Assembly (NCBI GenBank): GCA_963800655.1
Contig: CAWDBT010000003.1
Span: 137,008-201,007 of the forward strand
DNA from: Parachlamydiales bacterium
GTDB lineage: Bacteria; Chlamydiota; Chlamydiia; Chlamydiales; SM23-39
Direction of reading: 5' to 3'
Length of the DNA: 64,000 nt
In this document: in pieces, positions 9,063-18,149 of the stretch
Position numbering within the stretch: position 1 is the first letter of the stretch
Layout: each line of letters opens with the position of its first letter
Translations under genes and position numbers: made by a program
The notes under the pieces: model-generated
Seen by the model: the letters and a program-made list of their open reading frames with translations, nothing else
Database searches by the model: none
What the model was told of the DNA's origin: nothing

Positions 9063-9944
9063 ATGAAGAGCTTTTTATTTCTGGCATGCGCAGGTTGGAT
9101 GGCGCATGGATTTGCAATCGAATGGCCGGAGTCCTCCCATCCATATGGGATTTCTGCCGCAGATCCTCGATTGGAGGAGTTGAGCAAAGGGTTGAGCATG
9201 CCGCCGGTCTCGGAGTCAGGCTTGGTGCAAACGTTCAATTTCGGAGGCGGATATATGATCGCCGATCTCGACGCGATCTCTTCGCAATTCGTAGAATTTG
9301 CCAAGGGCTGCTCGGGACCTGTTTTGGAGATCGGCTCGGCATTTGGAGTGGCGACCATCCCCGCTTTGCAACAGTCGAATTGCTGCGTGATTGCAGATGA
9401 TATCGGCAAAGAAAATCTCCTCGTTTTGCGCAAGCAGGCAGACGAAAGAGATAGGGATCGGCTTTATTTGAATGCGAAGAGGTTTCCTCAGGAGCTGGAA
9501 TTTGCGCCGAATAGCATAGAAGGCGTATTGACTTGCCGGATGATTCACTTCTTGCGAGGCGAGGACATCGAAGAGGGGTTTCGCAAGGTGTTCGATTGGC
9601 TCGTGCCAGGAGGAAAATTTTTCATCGTCACATGTTCGCCTTATCTGCGCAATCTCAAGGAATTTATCCCGAATTATGAAGAGAGGTGGGCGAAAGGAGT
9701 TTCATGGCCTGGATATGTGGAAGAATTTACAAAAGTAACCAACGATGCGTATTCGAATTTGCGCCCCTTTTTTCATGTCATGGATGAAAGGCCATTGAAA
9801 TCCGCTTTACAGTGCGCGGGGTTCGATATCGAAGAGATCCGGTTTATCGATCGAGGCCGGGCGTTTCCCGACTTAGCTTTAGATGGACGCGAATTGATCG
9901 GAGTGGTCGCCGTCAAGCCAAAATGCCCAAAAACAGCTCCGTGA
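9063..9944 (+). CDS. Class I SAM-dependent methyltransferase with signal peptide (paralog 2)
   Basis: VLEIGSAFG, MIHFL, LVPGGKFF. GAGGAG RBS precedes ATG 9063. Collinear with the upstream paralog. Confidence 0.8.
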   Translation: MKSFLFLACAGWMAHGFAIEWPESSHPYGISAADPRLEELSKGLSMPPVSESGLVQTFNFGGGYMIADLDAISSQFVEFAKGCSGPVLEIGSAFGVATIPALQQSNCCVIADDIGKENLLVLRKQADERDRDRLYLNAKRFPQELEFAPNSIEGVLTCRMIHFLRGEDIEEGFRKVFDWLVPGGKFFIVTCSPYLRNLKEFIPNYEERWAKGVSWPGYVEEFTKVTNDAYSNLRPFFHVMDERPLKSALQCAGFDIEEIRFIDRGRAFPDLALDGRELIGVVAVKPKCPKTAP

Positions 9945-9969
9945 AGTTTTAGAGGGTGGAATTCCGGCA

Positions 9970-10072
9970 GAGCAGCGATGGAAAAACAGATAGGCTGTTT
10001 TTGATCGCTGCTCAGCAGGAAGAGTTTGAGCCTATCTGCAATGTAGAGACAAAAATTCATTGCGGAGATAGG
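9970..10072. terminator. Two long hairpins between convergent genes (probable bidirectional terminator or repeat remnant)
   Basis: GAGCAGCGAT..AAAAACAG/CTGTTTTT.ATCGCTGCTC (9970-10013) and CCTATCTGCAATG/CATTGC..AGATAGG (10031-10072). Confidence 0.5.
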
Positions 10073-10092
10073 TTTTTATCTCAATCATTCCT

Positions 10093-10704
10093 TCAGATCG
10101 CTTTGATAGTCAATGTAGTAGGGGTGTTCGAATCCAGCTCGATCAGAGTGATTTGAAACGAATCTGTAAAGCAACTCTTAGGGACGAACAAGAGTTTGTT
10201 CAAATGAGAGCGAGACTCGATGACTTGATTTTTTGCGACCTTAAAAGAAAAATCATCGTCTAAAGCGCTGTTTGCTTCAGCTGAATCCATTCCGTCGATG
10301 ATCGCCGGGATAATCAAAGGCCATGCGAGCAGCAGACCGGGAATTCCGTAACCCAAGACCCTTCCGATCGTCGAAGTATGGGCTTGGCGCGCTACTTCCT
10401 CTCCCAAGGCATGAGGGAGAGTGATCCGATCTAAAGAAAAGAGATATCTTTTATCGGAAGCATTTCCAATATAGAGTTGAACGGGTTGATATCCCATCGA
10501 AAGAACATCTCTGTCTAGATAGGTTTGGCAATCCATCGAATTGTAAATTTTAGCGGTTGCAATGATCCCTTCTTCTTGTATTGCGGAAGAAAAAAAGGCA
10601 TCTGAAGCCAAAGTATTGAGCGGAGCTGCGCGATAGCTCGCGCAACTGGATAATCCCAAGGCGCAAATTGCAGTTAAAAAAATGCGGTTTAAATGTTTTT
10701 TCAT
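10093..10704 (-). CDS. Hypothetical lipoprotein
   Basis: Signal peptide with lipobox LSSC and an internal hydrophobic segment. Confidence 0.75.
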   Translation of the reverse strand: MKKHLNRIFLTAICALGLSSCASYRAAPLNTLASDAFFSSAIQEEGIIATAKIYNSMDCQTYLDRDVLSMGYQPVQLYIGNASDKRYLFSLDRITLPHALGEEVARQAHTSTIGRVLGYGIPGLLLAWPLIIPAIIDGMDSAEANSALDDDFSFKVAKNQVIESRSHLNKLLFVPKSCFTDSFQITLIELDSNTPTTLTIKAI

Positions 10705-10847
10705 CGATCCTCGATATGAGAAAGGGGATAGATTTTATCTGTTTTGTAAATAAAATCAATGATGTTTAGATTCAAATAAAATCTATTTCTAAAGATTTAT
10801 TTGAGATGTTGTGAAATTTACGATTGAATCAGAGAATCTCTGGAGAT

Positions 10848-11576
10848 CTATCCTTTGATGGGTTGGATAATTTCCCAAGAGCCGTCTGAACTGTATTCCA
10901 TCGGCGATTTCGTCAATGCGCTTATCGCAGGCGAATCGGATCTGGCAGAGGTGATCCTCGTCGAAAGTTTTTCCTGTGGACGGGGTTCGGATAAACTCCG
11001 CCTCATAGAGTGATTTCCATCTGCGACGGTATCGGTTCGAGTCGTTTTCCTGAACGTTGAATCGGGGGAAATAGATGGAATTGAAAAGGTTTCAAAGCGA
11101 ACCTTGGAAGATTTTAAATCGAGAAGGTTTCTCACTATTTCCCAATGTTTGTTTTGCTTGGCAACGGATATCAATGCTCGCCGAAGGCGATCGTCGATTT
11201 TGCAATGCCGATGAAAGATCTCCATCTGGCGGATATTTCCCGTGCTTGCAATGGCCGCTCCGATTTTTTTAAGATTCGCATCGGAAAGAACCCTTATCCC
11301 GAGTAAGCGATCGAGTTCTACACAGGACAGCCGATCATTTCTGATCGCTTGTAAAATGGCGGGAGGGGAATCCTTCAGATCTAAAGCGATTGACTCATAT
11401 GTAGGCCGAGAACTCGATAGTCGATAATAGCTTTTAGAACAGGACCTATAATGCAAGGAATCGGCGGCAATTCGATTCGTTCTATGCAAGACAGAAGATG
11501 GCTGTAAGAATTTTTCCAGGGTCTTTGTATGGTTCGCTTGAGATTCCGTAAAACATGGGCGCAGCAAAGAGGTCAT
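10848..11576 (-). CDS. Hypothetical protein with degenerate ankyrin-like repeats and Ser-rich tail
   Basis: AIASTGNIRQMEIF and ALISVAKQNKHWEIVRNLL resemble ankyrin helices. GGAG RBS upstream. Confidence 0.6.
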   Translation of the reverse strand: MTSLLRPCFTESQANHTKTLEKFLQPSSVLHRTNRIAADSLHYRSCSKSYYRLSSSRPTYESIALDLKDSPPAILQAIRNDRLSCVELDRLLGIRVLSDANLKKIGAAIASTGNIRQMEIFHRHCKIDDRLRRALISVAKQNKHWEIVRNLLDLKSSKVRFETFSIPSISPDSTFRKTTRTDTVADGNHSMRRSLSEPRPQEKLSTRITSARSDSPAISALTKSPMEYSSDGSWEIIQPIKG

Positions 11577-11814
11577 TGAAGTCTCCAGAGTTAAAAGAGG
11601 GCGCTATTTTGAGCCGAGTTCGCAACTTCCGTCAAGTTCATTTTTGATCCGTTGCAGAGCTTTGTAGATGTATTCTAAGACGTTTTTTCGCGAGGTTCAT
11701 CTAAAGATTTCTTGAGGATTTATTCCAAAAGATGTGTTAAATATGCAGCTCGACTTGCGAGTAGTTCATGACCATTGACCTTATTTGTTAAATAGCCAAG
11801 ACGAGTTATTTCCT

Positions 11815-13188
11815 ATGACCCATTCCTATCAGCTTACTCCATATCCGGTTGGATCAAAACGCGAATTCTGGACGATGAGCTGGCCGATTATGCTGGCGAT
11901 GATTTCATCCACGCTGATGGTGTTTGTCGATCGAGTGTTTTTATCCCGGTATCATCCTCTTGCTTTGAACGCTTTAGCGAGCGCGAGTATCGCTTATTAT
12001 ATTTTTCTGGGGTTGCCGATGGCGATTGCGGCGATTTCTGAGGTTCTGGTCGGAAGGCTTCATGGAGAAGAGAGACATAAAGAAGTGGGATCCGCTGTTT
12101 GGCAGATGGTGTGGTTCAGCGTTTGCCTCACCCCGGTCTTTGCCTTGGCGGCCTGGGGAATGCCTTTTTTGCTTTTCTCCGGCTCGGAAATCGAGTTATA
12201 TCAGACGGCTTATTTCAGAATTCTCATGTGTTTTGCTCCTATCCAATGCGCGGCGATCGCTTTATCCGGCTTCTTTGTTGGAATTGGAAAAGTCCGCGTC
12301 GTCACTATCTCGGCATGTTTGGGGAATATGGCGAATGCAGCATTGGGATATGTGCTGATTTTCGGATGGGGAAAAATTCCTTCTTTTGGAATTTCCGGAG
12401 CTGCATTTGCCGCGGGATGCTCTCAAATGATCCAAATGCTGTTTTTGCTCGGCATGATGCTTAGAGAAAAGATGCAGGCGATCTATGCCACGGCGAGATG
12501 TGCATTCCACCGACATTTTTTGGCCGAGGGATTAAAAATAGGAACGCCTTCGGGATTGGGACATACGATCGAAATCATCGGGCATTTTGTGTTTTTTCAG
12601 GTCGTCATGGGGGTCGGCCAGGTTCAGATGACGGTAGTGGCAATAGTACAAAGCTTTTATATTCTCTGCTCATTCATCAATGACGCGGGCTCCAAAGCCG
12701 CCAGCGCAATCGTTTCGAATCTATTGGGAGCCGATCGAAGGGGGTTTATTCCAAAAGTGCTTGCCGCTGCGTTTTCTTTGCAGATCCTGTATTTTGCATT
12801 GCTGGCGATTGTTTTATGTGTTTTTTCCGATGGGTGGAGCCATTTGTTTTTATCTCATCGCGAGAGCAGCCAGCTGATCGATCCCATGATCGGGAAGACC
12901 TTCCTGCTGGCGCTTTTATACATGACTGTCTTTTTCCTCTTCGATGGATTCAGCTGGATTCTCATCGGATTTTTGACGGCGGCGGGAGACACCCGATTTA
13001 TTTTTTGGGTCAGTTTAGTGATTCATTGGGGAGCTTATATCGTGCCGACGATTCTATTTATCGGCATGCGGCATGGAGGAGCCGATACGGCTTGGGCGAT
13101 CATTGCAGCGATGAGCGCGGTCCATGCGTTGGTTTATATCTGCCGATATAAAACTGGCGGATGGCTTAAGAATTATAAAAATATTTAA
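11815..13188 (+). CDS. MATE-family efflux transporter
   Basis: About 12 TM segments, VDRVFL, FGWGKIPSFGISGAAFA, AGDTRF. Confidence 0.9.
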   Translation: MTHSYQLTPYPVGSKREFWTMSWPIMLAMISSTLMVFVDRVFLSRYHPLALNALASASIAYYIFLGLPMAIAAISEVLVGRLHGEERHKEVGSAVWQMVWFSVCLTPVFALAAWGMPFLLFSGSEIELYQTAYFRILMCFAPIQCAAIALSGFFVGIGKVRVVTISACLGNMANAALGYVLIFGWGKIPSFGISGAAFAAGCSQMIQMLFLLGMMLREKMQAIYATARCAFHRHFLAEGLKIGTPSGLGHTIEIIGHFVFFQVVMGVGQVQMTVVAIVQSFYILCSFINDAGSKAASAIVSNLLGADRRGFIPKVLAAAFSLQILYFALLAIVLCVFSDGWSHLFLSHRESSQLIDPMIGKTFLLALLYMTVFFLFDGFSWILIGFLTAAGDTRFIFWVSLVIHWGAYIVPTILFIGMRHGGADTAWAIIAAMSAVHALVYICRYKTGGWLKNYKNI

Positions 13189-13316
13189 TAATCTTAAAAA
13201 AATTAAGAAACTAATTCTTGAATAGCCGATCTCTGTTTGGTAATTATTTATTTTAAGGTGATGGTTTTAGTTGGTTTTTGTAGAATTGCCAGTTTTGTCG
13301 AAACTATGGAATTCTT

Positions 13317-14000
13317 ATGAGAGCTCTGCTGCTGTTGCCATTGATCGCTTTTATGCACGCCTGTGTATCCGTTCGATCGACGATTTCTTCGGATCTTCAA
13401 CTGAGTTTGCCTTCGAAGGCAGATCCCAATCAAATTTGCTATTTCTCCAAAAAACCGGAAAAAACCGCTTGGAAAATCGGGACGATTTCAGTGGATGGAA
13501 ACGGATGCGCGGACTTCGAAGATCTCCTTGTGGAAGCTAAAGAAAGAGCCGCGAAACTGGGCGGGGATTTCATCCTTAAGGAAGATTCGGGAGTCGAGAT
13601 GAGCACCCGGTATACTCCTGCGAGCTCCTCGTTCGAATCCGTTACTTATCGAAATCAGCACGGTCAGAAAGAGGAAAAAGCAAATCAGGTTTCCGTAGGG
13701 GCTAAAATCGAGACGATTTCCCGGCCATGGGGAGTCTTTTCGATTTGGGTGTATGCCCGATCGCAACTGGGACTTCGCCTCGACGCTCAGAATATCGTCC
13801 AGGGCTTTCATTTAAATACAGATGCGCAAGCCGCTGGGGTAAAAATCGGAGATCGGCTCATCGGGATCGATGGATGCGATATGCAGGATCAAAATGCGGT
13901 CGAGCGCCAGATGTCCATTCGCCCGGGAGAGCGGGTAAAGCTGACTTTTCAGCGAGATGCCCAATGGGTGGAATGCTTTGTGACGGCATTGCCGAACTGA
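13317..14000 (+). CDS. Lipoprotein with C-terminal PDZ domain
   Basis: Lipobox-like MHAC. AKERAAKLGGD. PDZ pattern QLGLRL...AQAAGVKIGDRLIGIDG. Confidence 0.7.
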   Translation: MRALLLLPLIAFMHACVSVRSTISSDLQLSLPSKADPNQICYFSKKPEKTAWKIGTISVDGNGCADFEDLLVEAKERAAKLGGDFILKEDSGVEMSTRYTPASSSFESVTYRNQHGQKEEKANQVSVGAKIETISRPWGVFSIWVYARSQLGLRLDAQNIVQGFHLNTDAQAAGVKIGDRLIGIDGCDMQDQNAVERQMSIRPGERVKLTFQRDAQWVECFVTALPN

Positions 14001-14005
14001 AAAAA

Positions 14006-14073
14006 CCATTTTGTACAGCGGGCGCAACAGGGCGCCTGCCGCTTAGAGGGCTTCGCCCTCTAAGGGAAAATGG
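14006..14073. repeat. Branched palindromic element (two hairpins closed by an outer stem)
   Basis: CCATTTT...AAAATGG encloses GCGGGCGC/GCGCCTGC and the perfect CTTAGAGGGC-TTC-GCCCTCTAAG. Confidence 0.55.
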
Positions 14074-14222
14074 CCATTTATCAAAAATCGCTGATCCCGT
14101 ACCCTAAGCTGAGATGACTTTTGCGGGGTTTTTTCAATGAGTTTTTGCGCATTGAAGAAAGACGGATTGAAACGCATTCCGCTTCCAAAGTTCATCGCCC
14201 TGTTCAACGGATCGAGATCTGC

Positions 14223-16016
14223 ATGGCTTTATTTTCAAGGGAAAGTTTAGAGCTGCTGCGCTCGAAAATCGATTTGGCCGAAGTCCTCGGCCCATATGTC
14301 AAATTGCAGCGCGCCGGCGCATCCTATAAGGCTCTTTGCCCATTTCATGAAGAAAAAAGTCCTTCTTTGGTCATCCAGAAAGGAGATAGCCATTACCATT
14401 GCTTCGGATGCGGCGCGCATGGCGATGCGATCCAGTTCCTGATGACGCATTTGCGGATGAGCTTTTCCGATGCGGTCGAATCCTTGGCGGAGCGCTTTGG
14501 CGTATTGCTCGAGGAAGCCAGCGCTTCGCAGGCTCCCAAGGGACCCTCGAAAGCCTTGCTCAAAGACGCTTTGGAAAAAGCTTGCCGCTTTTATGAATTC
14601 TGCTTGTTGCATACGGCGGAAGGGCATGCGGCGCTGGAGTATTTATATAGCCGCGGGATCGATTTGACGTTCATCCGGCAATTCCATATCGGCTTTGCTC
14701 CAAGAAATCCCCATTTATTCTTAAAAACAATGCACGAACAGAAAATTACAGAACCCCTTTTGAAAGAAACGGGGCTGGTCGGGCAGACGGGGCGAGAATT
14801 CTTCTCGGATCGGATCACCATTCCGATTTTAGATGCGGTCGGTTCTGTGATCGGATTTTCAGCGCGGAAATATCGAGCGGAAACGTTCGGGCCGAAATAT
14901 ATCAATACGCCGGAGACCTTGCTCTTTAAGAAGTCCAAGGTGCTCTTCGGGTTGAGTTATTGCCGGAAACGAATCGCTAAAGAAAAAAAAGCATTGATCG
15001 TCGAGGGGCAGATCGATGCGCTTCGACTGATTTACAGCGGCTATGATTGGACCGTCGCAGGACAGGGAACGGCATTTGGCGAAGAGCAGGCGAAGGAATT
15101 GGTGCATCTGGGCGTGAGACAGGTGCATTTGGCTTTAGATGGGGATGCGGCCGGTCAGGAAGCCGCCGTCAAAATCGGCCATCTATTTCAAAAAGAAGGG
15201 ATCGAAGTATTCGTCGTGCCATTGCCGCAGGGGTGCGATCCGGATTCGATGATTCGGGAAAAAGGGCCTGAAATATGGCAGAAGCTCCTCGACCAAGGGA
15301 GCGATTACCTCTCTTTTCTCGTCGAGCATACATCGAAAACCGTCAATCCTCAAACGCCGGCGGGCAAAAATGAACTGGTTCAGACGATTGCAAAGAGGAT
15401 CCGCAGCTGGGATCATCCCTTGATGATCCACGAAAGCCTTCGCAAGCTCGCTAGGCTTACACAGACTCCCGAATCGATGGTGGGGGCTCCGGAAGACGCT
15501 GCGCCCCAAGTGTATATCAAGCGCTCCGCGAGCGTGAATTTCACAGAGGTCGATCCAGATCGAATCCTGGAGGCCGATTTGCTTCGATGGCTTTTGGGAT
15601 CCGGCCATGCGCCGTCTCATCTGATTAAAATTGCCGAGCTGAATCTCAAACCCGAGCATTTCCGCTTGGCTGCAGCAAGAGTCCTGTATGAAAAGATCCT
15701 TCGGATTACAAAAGAGGAAAAACCTTGCGATCTACTCTCCTTGACCATTGATCTCGAAAATCCCGAACAGCAGATCTTCCTAGCCGAAATCCTCCAAAAG
15801 AGGGTCAATCGGGACAAATCGCTGGATGGATTCATTGAGACAGTAAGACGGATTCTGGAGCGGTATTGGATGAATCAAAGAGAAGAAATCAAATTGAAGA
15901 TCTATAGCGGTCAGTGCAGCGAGGCGGATGTTCTCGAATTGGCCAAGCGCTTCGATGAGTTGAAGCGGGCAAGGCCGCAGGTGGTTCTTCCAGAACAAGG
16001 GACGCCGAATGGATGA
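14223..16016 (+). CDS. dnaG: DNA primase
   Basis: CPFH..CFGC zinc finger, KYINTPET, VEGQIDA, LDGDAAG, DPD. Confidence 0.97.
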   Translation: MALFSRESLELLRSKIDLAEVLGPYVKLQRAGASYKALCPFHEEKSPSLVIQKGDSHYHCFGCGAHGDAIQFLMTHLRMSFSDAVESLAERFGVLLEEASASQAPKGPSKALLKDALEKACRFYEFCLLHTAEGHAALEYLYSRGIDLTFIRQFHIGFAPRNPHLFLKTMHEQKITEPLLKETGLVGQTGREFFSDRITIPILDAVGSVIGFSARKYRAETFGPKYINTPETLLFKKSKVLFGLSYCRKRIAKEKKALIVEGQIDALRLIYSGYDWTVAGQGTAFGEEQAKELVHLGVRQVHLALDGDAAGQEAAVKIGHLFQKEGIEVFVVPLPQGCDPDSMIREKGPEIWQKLLDQGSDYLSFLVEHTSKTVNPQTPAGKNELVQTIAKRIRSWDHPLMIHESLRKLARLTQTPESMVGAPEDAAPQVYIKRSASVNFTEVDPDRILEADLLRWLLGSGHAPSHLIKIAELNLKPEHFRLAAARVLYEKILRITKEEKPCDLLSLTIDLENPEQQIFLAEILQKRVNRDKSLDGFIETVRRILERYWMNQREEIKLKIYSGQCSEADVLELAKRFDELKRARPQVVLPEQGTPNG

Positions 16017-16404
16017 ACATCTGATTTTCTACGATGCCGATTGCGCAGTCTGCCATCAGGCGGTCAAATACCTGTTAAAACTCGATACGTCGAAGTCTTT
16101 CCTCTTCGCCCCGATCCGCGGAGAAACCGCCGATGAGATTCTCGTGGGCTCAAATGCCGTTTATAAGAAATTGGATACGATTGTTTTGATCGAGGATTTC
16201 CGATCCGATGCGCGCGAATTCTGGATTCGCTCCCAGGCGATTTTTCGCATTTATTGGCTGCTCAAGAGGTATTGGATCGGCTGGCTTTGCTTTCTCCCTG
16301 CTTGGCTGTGCGATTGGATCTATCGGCAGGTCGCCAAGCATCGCCATCATTTGAAATTCGGATGGGAGAGGCCTGAATTCCAGAACGATCGATTTTTGCC
16401 TTGA
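16009..16404 (+). CDS. DCC1-like (DUF393) thiol-disulfide oxidoreductase
   Basis: FYDADCAVC (DxxCxxC), RSQAIF, DWIYRQVAKHR. Confidence 0.85.
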   Translation: MDEHLIFYDADCAVCHQAVKYLLKLDTSKSFLFAPIRGETADEILVGSNAVYKKLDTIVLIEDFRSDAREFWIRSQAIFRIYWLLKRYWIGWLCFLPAWLCDWIYRQVAKHRHHLKFGWERPEFQNDRFLP

Positions 16405-16509
16405 ATGAGAATCGATTCGGTTTTCAAGGTAAAAAGTTTTTGAAAGTAAGGGACTTCCGCTTCAGCGCGGCAGATCATTTTCGATTGCGAGGAAAATTGC
16501 TTAGAGACT

Positions 16510-17481
16510 GTGAATGGATTCTCGTGCAGTGCGAGGGATAAAATGTCATGTGCCGGGTTAGAAACAATCAAAAGTTCGAAAGCTGAGATTTTTCCAACGC
16601 ATCTCAACGAAGAACGAGAAAGATCTTTGATCAAGCGAATCGGAAATTTTTGGAGGCAAGTCAGAAATTCGTGTTTTGAAACACGGCCTGATTCCTGGTG
16701 TTGTTGCTTTGCGCAAAAAGAATCCAACTCGTGTCGTTCTCCGAGTTCCGATCCGAATGGACTTTCGACTCTTCCCACATCTCCTGATACAGGCGAGTTC
16801 ACCTCGTTCCCGATTCGAATTGAAAAACGGGAGAAATGCATTCCTCCAAGATTAAATTTAGATAGGATTTCTTCAAATGGTCCGAATTCATTTGAAATTT
16901 TAAGATTTTGCACCGGGAAAGTAGGCGAGGGGTCTCGGAAATCGAGTGTTGTTTCTTCAAGCGAAGTGCTTCTTTCCAAAGAGATGGCATATCCCGAAGT
17001 GAATCCCTTGAAGTCTGCTTTTTTTCGAATAAAAAATGAGAATTCTTCTTTATTAAGAGAGTATCAAATAAATAAGAAGAGTTGGGGAGATAAAAAGAAG
17101 ATTCATATTTTGATTGCCGATGACACTCCAATCAATCAAAAAATCCTTTTATATGCATTTCGATCCATGGGGCAAACGGACTGCATTTGCGTAGATAATG
17201 GCGAGCTAGCAAGCAAAGCCGTCGAATCGAGTTTGGCAGATCCCTGGGATTTGATTATCATGGATCTCGAAATGCCTGTTGCAAACGGAAAAGAGGCAGC
17301 GGAGCGCATTAGAAAATGCGTTGGGAAAAATATAATTATTGTTTACTACTCCACCGAATCGCTTTCTTTAAAAGAAGCGAGGGATTTTGGCTTTGATTAT
17401 GTATTGCCGAAGTCGTTCAAACGGGAGGGATTGCGAAGTTTGTTGGAAGCCGATTTTCCTGCGGCTATGAGAAGCTCTTAG
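16510..17481 (+). CDS. Orphan response-regulator receiver domain with long Ser/Pro-rich N-terminus
   Basis: ILIADDTPINQKIL, DLIIMDLEMPVANG, YST, GFDYVLPK. Start codon uncertain. Confidence 0.75.
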   Translation: MNGFSCSARDKMSCAGLETIKSSKAEIFPTHLNEERERSLIKRIGNFWRQVRNSCFETRPDSWCCCFAQKESNSCRSPSSDPNGLSTLPTSPDTGEFTSFPIRIEKREKCIPPRLNLDRISSNGPNSFEILRFCTGKVGEGSRKSSVVSSSEVLLSKEMAYPEVNPLKSAFFRIKNENSSLLREYQINKKSWGDKKKIHILIADDTPINQKILLYAFRSMGQTDCICVDNGELASKAVESSLADPWDLIIMDLEMPVANGKEAAERIRKCVGKNIIIVYYSTESLSLKEARDFGFDYVLPKSFKREGLRSLLEADFPAAMRSS

Positions 17482-17490
17482 AAGAATGGC

Positions 17491-18000
17491 TTATGCGGTG
17501 GTTTCGTCTTGCATCATTGCGAAAACTTGGGACATTGCCCAAGTAAGCGGCTTCATCATAATCACAGTCATGATTTTCGGCACAGAGGCGCTCAAAATTG
17601 TTCCGACTAGAACCGCTCTATAATCGTATTGAAACCAAAGTAAAACAGAACCGGCGATGACGGCACGCGCCAACAGATCGGTTTTCCATGCGGATGGGTG
17701 GCGCAGCAAAAGGAGATCGTCGAGGCTCTCGAGCTTGGCTTTGTAAGTCTTAGTCGCGGGATTTCGAGAAAAGCAGCCGGTGGTTTTTTCCGAGAGAAAC
17801 CGTTTTAAAGAGAGCGCTCGTTGAGCAATCGTTTCATAGGGAGTGGCTAAAACAGGCTTGGCGAGCTCGGATAAAAGGCTTTCGAACTCGTTTTTGATCC
17901 ATTCATGGTCGGCATCCGCTTGACGCTCTTCTTCGGCGAGCGCAAAGAGAATTTCCATGGCGGGTGAGAAATTATTTTGATGTGTCGTTGCTATTGTCAT
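17491..18000 (-). CDS. Hypothetical protein with C-terminal bilobed hydrophobic region (Inc-like)
   Basis: AVIAGSVLLWF-QYDYR-AVLVGTILSASV...VIMM. Confidence 0.55.
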   Translation of the reverse strand: MTIATTHQNNFSPAMEILFALAEEERQADADHEWIKNEFESLLSELAKPVLATPYETIAQRALSLKRFLSEKTTGCFSRNPATKTYKAKLESLDDLLLLRHPSAWKTDLLARAVIAGSVLLWFQYDYRAVLVGTILSASVPKIMTVIMMKPLTWAMSQVFAMMQDETTA

Positions 18001-18149
18001 AATAGTGGCTAAGATTTTACCCGATCTCGGAATTATGATGAAGTGGCTTTTGCATAGTATAAGTAATTATTGTTTCTCCGAGGCCGTTTCGGAGCCATCT
18101 CGCTCGTCGCTCTTTCTCTGCCTGGGGATTAGCGAGATGGACTCGGGAT

